Below are positions 42,209-49,426 of a DNA stretch of 49,426 nt, in pieces (positions within the stretch are counted from its first letter, which is position 1; each line of letters begins with the position of its first letter). The notes beneath the pieces were generated by a model. It was not told where the DNA came from and ran no database searches. It saw only the letters and a program-made list of their open reading frames with translations. The stretch covers positions 1 through 49,426 of the forward strand of contig JBGAGQ010000051.1 in the NCBI GenBank assembly GCA_044226625.1, given 5' to 3'. Both the position numbers and the translations under genes were made by a program. This DNA comes from Thermoanaerobaculia bacterium. Its GTDB lineage: Bacteria; Acidobacteriota; Thermoanaerobaculia; Multivoradales; UBA5704.

Positions 42209-43911
42209 GCGGGCACCGGGTGCTCCTTCGCGCGGCGGGAACCGCCGCGGGCCTCGCGGCCTCCGTCGTCCTCTCGCTCCCCTCGGCCGCGCACGCCGCC
42301 GATCAGGTCCCCGGCGGCCCCCTCTACCAGAAGCTCTGCTCGCAGTGCCACGGCGTGAAGGGGGACGGCCTCGGCGTCGCCGCGTACCGGCTGGATCCCA
42401 AGCCGCGCGACTTCACCGCCGGAAAGTTCAAGATCCGCCATACGCCGAGCGGCTCGCTCCCGACCGACGAGGACCTCACGCACATCATCCGCGAGGGGAT
42501 GCCGTACACCTCGATGCCGCCGTGGAAGCATCTCTCCGACGAGGACATCAAGACGCTGGTCGCGGCGGTCAAGTCGTTCTCCCCCGATTTCGCAGACGCG
42601 GCGAAAAAGCCGAAGGCGATCTCGATCCCGAGCGCGCCGAGCTTCTCCGCGGACTCGGCAAAGAAGGGCAAAGAGGTCTACGCCCGGATCGGCTGCACCG
42701 CCTGCCACGGCGAGCTCGCGCGCGGCGACGGCCCCTCGGCGACCACGCTCAAGGACGACTGGGGAAACCCGATCCGCCCGGCCGACCTCACGATGCGCTG
42801 GACCTTCCGCGGCGGCCCGACGCGCGAGGACATCTACCGCACTTTCACAACCGGCTTGAACGGCACGCCGATGCCCTCGTTCGCCGAGTCGCTCACCGAC
42901 GCCGAGCGCTGGCAGCTGGTCGACTACCTCGCTTCGCTCGACCCGCGCGACGCCCCCGGCTACTCGAACCTGGTCCAGGTGAAGTGGAGCAACGAAGAAC
43001 TAGATCTCGCCAAGGCCAAGGACCTGTTCGCCGGCGCGCCCGCCTCGCTGTTCCCCGTGATCGGCCAGGTCACCGAGCCCGGCCGCGCTTTCCACCCGGC
43101 GGCGAGCGCGGTCCAAGTCCAGGCGGTCTACAACGCCAAGGAGATCGCGTTCCGCGTCACCTGGCACGACCTGCGCTCCGACACCGTCGGCCACAACGCC
43201 CCCGATCTGGTCGTGCCACCCGAAGAGGAGCAGCCGCCGGCCGCCGTGCCCGCCGCCGATTCTGCCGCGAGCAGCGACCCCTGGGGTGGCGAGGAAGCGG
43301 CCGAGCCGGCCGCGGCTCCCGCGGGGGATTCCGGCGGCGACGTCTGGGGCGACGAGGCGGAAGGCGCCACCCCCGCGGTGACGCCCGAGACCGAATTCTC
43401 CGACGCGTTGGCGATCCAGCTGCCGGTGACGCTCCCGACGGGCAACCGCAAGCCGTACTTCCTGTTCGGCGATTCGCAGAACCCGGTCGATCTCTGGTTC
43501 CTCGACCTCGCGAAGAGCGCCGTCCAGCGCTACACGGGCGCGGGCGGCACGAGCCTCACTTCGCTCGAGGGCGAGGACGTGACCGCGGTCGCGAGCTACG
43601 ATCACGGCGAGTGGACGGTCGTGATGAAGCGCGCCCTGCGCGGGGGCGGCAGCGTCTCGTTCGCGCCCGAGCAGTACGTCCCGATCGCGTTTTCGGTCTG
43701 GGACGGCTACCACCGCGAGCGCGGCAGCAAGCGGGGATTGACGCAGTGGATGTATCTGTACACCATGCCGCAGGAGGCGCCCTCGCCGATCGTGCCGATG
43801 GCGAAGGCCGCCCTCGCGGTGTTCGCGGTCGAAATCTTGCTGGTTTACTGGGTACGGCGGCGCCAACGGGTCAGCGTAAGCTCAAACGAAGAGGTCCAGG
43901 CTCATGTATAG
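42205..43911 (+). CDS. Diheme cytochrome c fused to an EbdC/NxrC-like (DOMON-like) domain, C-terminal TM anchor
   Basis: GTG 42205 overlapping the previous stop; signal peptide; CSQCH, PKPRDF, CTACH, GTPMPSF; then AVYN..EIAFRVTWHD, FSDALAIQLP, GEWTVVMKR, IAFSVWDG...ERG. Confidence 0.85.
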   Translation: MSGHRVLLRAAGTAAGLAASVVLSLPSAAHAADQVPGGPLYQKLCSQCHGVKGDGLGVAAYRLDPKPRDFTAGKFKIRHTPSGSLPTDEDLTHIIREGMPYTSMPPWKHLSDEDIKTLVAAVKSFSPDFADAAKKPKAISIPSAPSFSADSAKKGKEVYARIGCTACHGELARGDGPSATTLKDDWGNPIRPADLTMRWTFRGGPTREDIYRTFTTGLNGTPMPSFAESLTDAERWQLVDYLASLDPRDAPGYSNLVQVKWSNEELDLAKAKDLFAGAPASLFPVIGQVTEPGRAFHPAASAVQVQAVYNAKEIAFRVTWHDLRSDTVGHNAPDLVVPPEEEQPPAAVPAADSAASSDPWGGEEAAEPAAAPAGDSGGDVWGDEAEGATPAVTPETEFSDALAIQLPVTLPTGNRKPYFLFGDSQNPVDLWFLDLAKSAVQRYTGAGGTSLTSLEGEDVTAVASYDHGEWTVVMKRALRGGGSVSFAPEQYVPIAFSVWDGYHRERGSKRGLTQWMYLYTMPQEAPSPIVPMAKAALAVFAVEILLVYWVRRRQRVSVSSNEEVQAHV

Positions 43912-46033
43912 CAAGATCTACGTTCCGGTCGACAACTCCGACTTCTCGAACCGCGCCATCGCGAACGGCGTAGCCCTGGGCGGCGCGTTCGGCTCGTCGC
44001 TCGTGGGCAGCCACGTCTACGCCGCGCGCATGCACGACTACCGCTTCAAGCAGATGGAGTACACGTTGCCGGAAGAGTACTTGGACGAGGTCGAGCTCGA
44101 GCGGCAGCGGAAGATCCACGACAGCCTGATCACGCTGGGCCTGAAGCTCATCTCCGAGAGCTATCTCGACCAGATGCAGAACCTCTGCCGCGACCGCGGG
44201 CTCCCCTTCGAGCCGCGGATGATGGACGGCAAGCACCACACCGAGCTGGTCAAGGACATCGAGAGCGTCGACTGCGACCTCGTCGTGATGGGCGCGCTCG
44301 GCATCGGCCGGGTAAAGGACAGCGAGATCGGCTCGGTCTGCGAGCGGGTGACGCGTAGCGCCAAGCGCGACGTCTGGGTGGTCAAGCGCCTCTACAAGAA
44401 GGACGAGCCCGAAGGCGACACGATCCTCGTCGGCATCGACGGCAGCCCGCAGTCGTTCGGCGCTTTGAAGACCGCGCTCGAGCTCGCCCAGCGCTTCGAC
44501 AAGAAGGTCGAGATCATCGGCGTCTACGACCCGTACCTCCACTACTCGGTGTTCCACGGCATCGTCGGCGTCCTGTCCGAGAAGGCGTCGAAGGTGTTCC
44601 GCTTCGAAGAGCAGAACCAGCTCCACGAGGAGATCATCGATACCGGCCTCGCGCAGATCTACCAGTCGCACCTCGACGTCGCCGAGCGCATGGCGCTCGA
44701 CGCGGGGACGGTGGTCGGGAAGACTCTCCTCGACGGCAAGGCCTTCCAGAAGATCCTCGACCACGCCCGGAAGACGAACCCCTGGCTCCTGATCGTCGGC
44801 CGCATCGGCGTCCATAGCGACGCCGCGGAGACCGGCCTCGGCAGCAACACGGAGAACCTCCTCCGCCGCTGCCCGTGCGACATCCTGCTCTCCACCCGGC
44901 TCGCCTACCCGGACATCGACGTCCGCGCGGAGGAGAGCATCAAGTGGACGCCCGAGGCGGAAGAGCGGATGCACCGCGTGCCGCCGCAGGTCAAGGGGAT
45001 CGCCCGCACCGGCATCCTTCGCCTGGCGCTCGAAAAAGGGCACAGCGTGGTCACCAACTCGGTGATCGACGAGGCGATGGAGCGCTTCATGCCGAAGCAG
45101 TCGCGCGACCTGACCTTCGAACTGGCCGAGAAGATGGCCCTCGAGCTCGCCTCGCGCCAACCGGTCGCCATCTGCAAGAGCTGCGGAATCGCCGCGAGCG
45201 AGCCCGGAGCGGTCCGCTGCGGCGTCTGCGGCAGCGACCAGATGGAGACCATCGACCGCGAGATGCTCGAGCGAATCGCCCGCGCCGAAGGGGGCTTGAC
45301 CGAGGAGGTCACCTACGACGGCAAGAAGCTTCAGTGGAGCGAGGCGGCCCGCAAAGCGCTCTGGACCCTCAAAGACGCCTACAAGCGCCGCCGCGCGAAG
45401 GCCCGGATTGAAAAAACCGCCCGCCTGCGGAAGCTGCCCACCGTGACGCTCGAGCTGGCGCAGCAGGTGGTCGAGGACGAAACTGGCGTGCCGCTCGACT
45501 CCGGATTTGCCGCGACCGGTGACGCACTAGCCGCCGGTTCGCTCGACGAGGCGCCGGAGGCGGAAGAGAGCACCCCCATCCGCCCGCAGTTCCGCGAACC
45601 GAACGGCGAGAAGCGCCTGATCGCCCGCGACGCCAAGAACGTACCGCTGCTCTCCGCCTTCGCCTGGAGCGGCGAGGCGATCGAGCGGATCCTTCGGGTT
45701 CCCTCGGGCTTCATGCGGAACCGGACGCAGGACCGGATTGAAGCGCTGGCGGCGGAGCGGGAGATCGACTCGATCGGGCTGGAGCTGGTCGAGGACGGGA
45801 TTGCGATCGGGCGGCAGATGATGGAAGAGATGCTTAAGAATCAGGCGGCGTCGCAGGGGGCGGGGGCTGCGGCGCATGCGAACGGGCATGCCGCGGGCGC
45901 GACTGACGCGGCCGAGGCTGTTGCGCCGATGGCGGCTTCAGAGCACGTGCCACCGATCAATGAGGTCGGCTCGCCCTCGGCGCTACAGGCACGTCGGGCA
46001 GGGCCGCACCCGGAGCTTGAGGACGCGAACTAA
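43904..46033 (+). CDS. Tandem universal stress protein with three PCP_red-like helical repeats and a rubredoxin/Zn-ribbon motif
   Basis: YSKIYVPVDNS and ILVGIDGS USP starts, DLVVMG..G.G, LGSNTE; WTPEAEERM.RVP, WSEAARKAL, WSGEAIERI.RVP repeats; CKSCG...CGVCG. Confidence 0.85.
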   Translation: MYSKIYVPVDNSDFSNRAIANGVALGGAFGSSLVGSHVYAARMHDYRFKQMEYTLPEEYLDEVELERQRKIHDSLITLGLKLISESYLDQMQNLCRDRGLPFEPRMMDGKHHTELVKDIESVDCDLVVMGALGIGRVKDSEIGSVCERVTRSAKRDVWVVKRLYKKDEPEGDTILVGIDGSPQSFGALKTALELAQRFDKKVEIIGVYDPYLHYSVFHGIVGVLSEKASKVFRFEEQNQLHEEIIDTGLAQIYQSHLDVAERMALDAGTVVGKTLLDGKAFQKILDHARKTNPWLLIVGRIGVHSDAAETGLGSNTENLLRRCPCDILLSTRLAYPDIDVRAEESIKWTPEAEERMHRVPPQVKGIARTGILRLALEKGHSVVTNSVIDEAMERFMPKQSRDLTFELAEKMALELASRQPVAICKSCGIAASEPGAVRCGVCGSDQMETIDREMLERIARAEGGLTEEVTYDGKKLQWSEAARKALWTLKDAYKRRRAKARIEKTARLRKLPTVTLELAQQVVEDETGVPLDSGFAATGDALAAGSLDEAPEAEESTPIRPQFREPNGEKRLIARDAKNVPLLSAFAWSGEAIERILRVPSGFMRNRTQDRIEALAAEREIDSIGLELVEDGIAIGRQMMEEMLKNQAASQGAGAAAHANGHAAGATDAAEAVAPMAASEHVPPINEVGSPSALQARRAGPHPELEDAN

Positions 46034-46256
46034 GTGGTGCGCTCCGGTCGCATGAATAGCATTTTGGTCCTTTGAAGGAGTAGGCGGCCGGCGTGCTGCT
46101 GGAAGCTACTAAGCGGGCAACGAGAATCCCTGGTCTACAGGCTGCGGGTCCGCGGGAAGGGGCATGCCTGGCATCTCCTGACTTCTCTCAGTTCAAGCTT
46201 GCGATCCTGGGGCTCCCCAAACTCGTCGCAGAGGTTCCGGCCGAGTGCCTTTAGGG

Positions 46257-47243
46257 CTACTTTGGGATGAATCGCACGTTAATCCAACGAAGCAAATCTG
46301 GCCTTTCCCCGTTATAGTCCACAGCGTTTAGCTCCAATCGATCACAGTTACTAATGTCAATATCTACCTCTGCAGGAGGGTAGCCGACTCGAGCGCGACC
46401 TTCAAATAGGAGACGATCTCTTTCCTCTCGAATCCAGAAGCGCTTGCTGCCAGCCCCCTCTGAATTGTCCTCAACACCGACGGTCATAAGAAGACGGCTG
46501 TACAGCTTCGCCGTCCTCACGACAAGCTTCTCAGTATCAAAGAAGTAGGCGTCGGCCTGAGCTTCCCCAAAAACCACTGCTTTCGGCTTCCGCGAAATAC
46601 GTCCCTCGAGAATAGGGAGGGCAGTAACTGGAACAGGCACTGTTTCCCCAAGCGAAGCCGCGTTTGTCTTAACCAACCTACCGGGGCCGGCAGCCTGCTT
46701 GCGAACAAGAGTAGCGCTTGGCGAAGATGTTTCCATGATCGCGTTGACGTCTGCGTCTTTCGCAATCTTCACCTGAGCGGCGCCTAGTATCTGCCCGTTC
46801 TGGGCATCAATGACGCGGCAGTTCACTGCGACAAAGGTCGCCAGATTGGTGATTGTTCCCGAGAGAACTGCATCGGCACCAGACAATCGGCCAACTTTCC
46901 TTGCGCTTTCGGGATCGATCAGTCCCGTTTGGTCGAGCTTGAGTTCTCCGAGAACCTTGTCGAGCATGGCCCGTTCGACAACATCTATCTGGTTGGTCTG
47001 CACCAGCCGAGTGACCAACTCTTCCGCTATGTAGGAGCCAAAAACGGTAGACTGGCCTGAGAGTTCGCGGAAGGGGAGCACAGCAATCCTGTGCTTCTCA
47101 GCCCGCCCAATACTGGCAGAGATCTGATCAGAGAGTTCCTTAGCGCCATCTGCAAGAAGCTTTTGCGCGGCCACCCTCTCGCTCAGTGAGAAAAGCGCCC
47201 CGATTGTTACGATCAAGAATCGCATCTTGAGTCTCTTGCGCAT
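46257..47243 (-). CDS. Exported CsgG/FlgO-like protein with probable C-terminal NPCBM-like carbohydrate-binding domain
   Basis: GGAGG RBS, signal peptide, IAVLPF, VVERA.LDKVL.EL.L..TGLID..SA.KVGRL.GAD; tail VGVED..G...F.I...P.EVDIDI..C..LEL; lower GC. Confidence 0.75.
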   Translation of the reverse strand: MRKRLKMRFLIVTIGALFSLSERVAAQKLLADGAKELSDQISASIGRAEKHRIAVLPFRELSGQSTVFGSYIAEELVTRLVQTNQIDVVERAMLDKVLGELKLDQTGLIDPESARKVGRLSGADAVLSGTITNLATFVAVNCRVIDAQNGQILGAAQVKIAKDADVNAIMETSSPSATLVRKQAAGPGRLVKTNAASLGETVPVPVTALPILEGRISRKPKAVVFGEAQADAYFFDTEKLVVRTAKLYSRLLMTVGVEDNSEGAGSKRFWIREERDRLLFEGRARVGYPPAEVDIDISNCDRLELNAVDYNGERPDLLRWINVRFIPK

Positions 47244-47259
47244 GAATATCCTCCCTGGA

Positions 47260-49041
47260 TTATTTCAATCTATTGATTTTTATATGGATTAGGCGATCAA
47301 CCTCGTCGACATCGAGGACCGACGCGACATAGTGATTCCCGCCGCTCTTGAATTCGATCCGCATTCCAGCATTGAGAAGCGCATAGTTCAGCTGCTCTGC
47401 ACCATCCGTCCATAGATGTACTGTTGGAACTTCCACCTCGCCCACGCGGCTAAACTCAGCCGCCACTGACGCGCGCCCGCCGAGAATGACCAGTTGCTGT
47501 CCGTCCTGAAGGAATGCCTCAAATGGCTGTTCAAGCCCAGTCGGCCACGGTGTTGGCCGTCGGGTTTTGACAACGTTCTCCGATAGTCCCGTTTTTGGGA
47601 CCGCTCCTTGCATCTCTACTGGCTCGGGAGCCATCCCGATCCCGGAAATCGAGCGATTACTCGAAGTCCCGGAGTTTATCGAACTCTTCTGGCTTGAACT
47701 GCACCACAAACCCACCATGCCCCAAAGTACGGTGGCCGCAAGAGCAGCAACCAGAAGCCCTGCAACCCACGTCCTCGAATTTGGTGGACAAGTTAGGTCC
47801 CGCTCACGTCGATGCGCCAAAACTCTTGAGGTGCCTTGAGCGTTCTCGAACCTTTCGGAGTAAACACCCTCTCTGGGTCGAGAAGAGCAGCGGCCGAAAA
47901 GGATGCGGGCGCTTGGGCTCCCATAAACTGCGTAGGCTAGTGCAGAGGGGTCTCGCCGACTCGCCTGAAATCCCTCCTGGCGTGCTGCGAGAACCGCTGC
48001 TCCAAGGGTGGCACCCTCCCTGATATTCCGATAGAAGACTCGGGCGAAATTCGCTGCCGTACTATCTCGCACCAGCCACATCGGAGCGACAAAGGCGCCG
48101 CAACCACAGATACTCACAAGCCTCGTCGCCCAACCTCCAAGTCGGGTCAGGGCTCGGCCTTGGCGCCCGGCCCAGCAGGCGTTAAAAAAGATTAATGGTC
48201 GCTCTTGACCGATTCGAGTAGCGACCTCTCCGCTGAGATCTGTCGGGCGTAGTACGCTTCCATCTTTAAGCTGAAGGCCCGCCTCTTCGGGTTGGCCTGC
48301 TATTTGTACGCCGTGCCCTGCGAAGTGGATGAGGTCGGCCGCTCCTTCCCGAAGAAACTCCAAAACCTCAGTTGTAGAAAGGGCCTGTGGAGTGACGTCG
48401 GTCATGTCAGGATAAGCTGCGGCTATTTCCGCCAGAAAATCTCTCTCGCTGAAAGCTAGCGGTAGGTTGTGCGATGCATCTATCGCCGCCCAGTTTTCGA
48501 CAACGACTTGAAAAGCGGGGATTTTGTCGCCAGCCAACCATCGAGTAAGCTCAAATTGAAGCGCTAGAAAGTCGTCGTTCAGGATGTCTTCCGGATCGTT
48601 GGCGTCGTAAGGTTTGATGAGCTCCCACGGGATCCATGGTTCGTCCGACACGATTGTCCAGGTGCGAACCGATCGCCGAATTCTCCTATATGCTGACCGA
48701 ATCTCCTGCGGTAGCAGATCGCGCCAAAGATCCTGCCCAAGGCTCTCGAGCTTGTGATCTCGCTCAGAAATGGACAGCTTAGTGCCGTCAACATCTTCGA
48801 GTCGACTAAGTCGTTCGATCTTCTTCCAGAGGCGAGCCTGAAGCTCTTCGCTGCTTCCTTGAAAATCAGGCCCCGTGATCTCTCGATGCGCGAAGGCCAC
48901 GGCCCCTGTCGGGGAATGGAGATTGAAAGTGAGCCGCGTTCTGCCCTGGTCGAACTGAGTCCGAACTTGCATTTCCAAGTCGATCGCTTGCACCTCGTGC
49001 GTTGTCATTCCTGTCCCTGACGATTTTCGGTGGAGGACCAC
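47260..49041 (-). CDS. CHAT-domain (caspase-like) protease with one TM helix and a C-terminal extracytoplasmic domain
   Basis: SDEPWIPWEL, IHFAGHG (catalytic His), IFFNACWAG (catalytic Cys), FVAPMWLVRD, LAYAVYG; TM WVAGLLVAALAATVLWGMVGLW; alternative start ATG 49008. Confidence 0.88.
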   Translation of the reverse strand: MVLHRKSSGTGMTTHEVQAIDLEMQVRTQFDQGRTRLTFNLHSPTGAVAFAHREITGPDFQGSSEELQARLWKKIERLSRLEDVDGTKLSISERDHKLESLGQDLWRDLLPQEIRSAYRRIRRSVRTWTIVSDEPWIPWELIKPYDANDPEDILNDDFLALQFELTRWLAGDKIPAFQVVVENWAAIDASHNLPLAFSERDFLAEIAAAYPDMTDVTPQALSTTEVLEFLREGAADLIHFAGHGVQIAGQPEEAGLQLKDGSVLRPTDLSGEVATRIGQERPLIFFNACWAGRQGRALTRLGGWATRLVSICGCGAFVAPMWLVRDSTAANFARVFYRNIREGATLGAAVLAARQEGFQASRRDPSALAYAVYGSPSARILFGRCSSRPREGVYSERFENAQGTSRVLAHRRERDLTCPPNSRTWVAGLLVAALAATVLWGMVGLWCSSSQKSSINSGTSSNRSISGIGMAPEPVEMQGAVPKTGLSENVVKTRRPTPWPTGLEQPFEAFLQDGQQLVILGGRASVAAEFSRVGEVEVPTVHLWTDGAEQLNYALLNAGMRIEFKSGGNHYVASVLDVDEVDRLIHIKINRLK

Positions 49042-49133
49042 TTATGCACCTGCGTTTTGGCGGCCGAATGGTCCGCAGCGACTTCTCATGGACCCGACCA
49101 AGGACTTGATCCTAGTCTAAAGAGCGCCTCGGG

Positions 49134-49226
49134 TGGGCCCCTCCCCCGAAACCTGATCCAGTCTGAGCGTCAATCTTGACCAGGGCGAAGCCCGGAGGCA
49201 GCGGCGTGTCGCGAGCCGGCCGGAGG
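49134..49226 (+). mobile_element. Possible IS3-family left-end remnant
   Basis: TGGGCCCCTCCCCCGAAACCTGATCCAGTCTGA resembles IS3-type terminal repeats; followed by GGAGG and [11 protein letters not shown]. Confidence 0.35.
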
Positions 49227-49391
49227 CTCACCAACAAAGGCATCCGCGATTGGTCGGAGATCTTGGCCGGCGACGAGGTACTCGCGACGGCGATCTTGGA
49301 CCGCCTTCTTCATCGAAGTCACGTGCTCAACATCAAGGGACGCAGCTACCGACTGCGCGAGCTGGAAGCGTCCGCGGAGCGAGGACGCTGA
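49227..49391 (+). pseudogene. istB: IS21-family helper ATPase IstB C-terminal fragment
   Basis: [44 protein letters not shown]; Walker A/B part and istA missing. Confidence 0.9.
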
Positions 49392-49426
49392 TGTTTTTCG
49401 GAGCCCCTCCCGTGCCCGCGCGCGCC

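Overview
A very GC-rich bacterial window, possibly Acidobacteriota/Thermoanaerobaculia or a similar lineage (inferred from gene content only), dominated by respiration. Left part (minus strand, 1-9993): a canonical alternative complex III operon, actA-B-C-D-E-F-(G)-sco, running into a caa3-type cytochrome c oxidase subunit II. It has a Rex/CRP-type palindrome at its promoter and an apparent ~43-nt frameshifting deletion at the 3' end of actB. Middle part (10.4-31.5 kb): accessory genes, including a cupredoxin-like lipoprotein, Cys-rich secreted peptides, a ~2100-aa membrane-split P-loop NTPase with a divergent 46-aa peptide ORF, a methyltransferase, an alpha/delta carbonic-anhydrase-like protein, a Kazal protein, DUF885, a clan-CD protease-like ORF and a MITE-like hairpin. 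It also holds ctaA-ctaB-sco, an S41 peptidase preceded by an in-frame amber stop, and tRNA-Arg(TCG) followed by a low-GC islet encoding an aerolysin/ETX-like protein. Right part: hemH-hemY, divergent from a second, non-canonical respiratory operon (34378-46033). In that operon actA-actB-actE lack actC/D/F and are instead coupled to a stand-alone divergent cytochrome bd subunit I-like protein (no cydB), three c-type cytochrome genes (one with an EbdC/NxrC-like domain) and a USP-USP-PCP_red-rubredoxin-like protein. This hybrid operon is the best candidate for an undescribed system. The window ends with a lower-GC CHAT protease/CsgG-like gene pair and IS remnants. All family calls come from motif recognition by eye; no searches were run.
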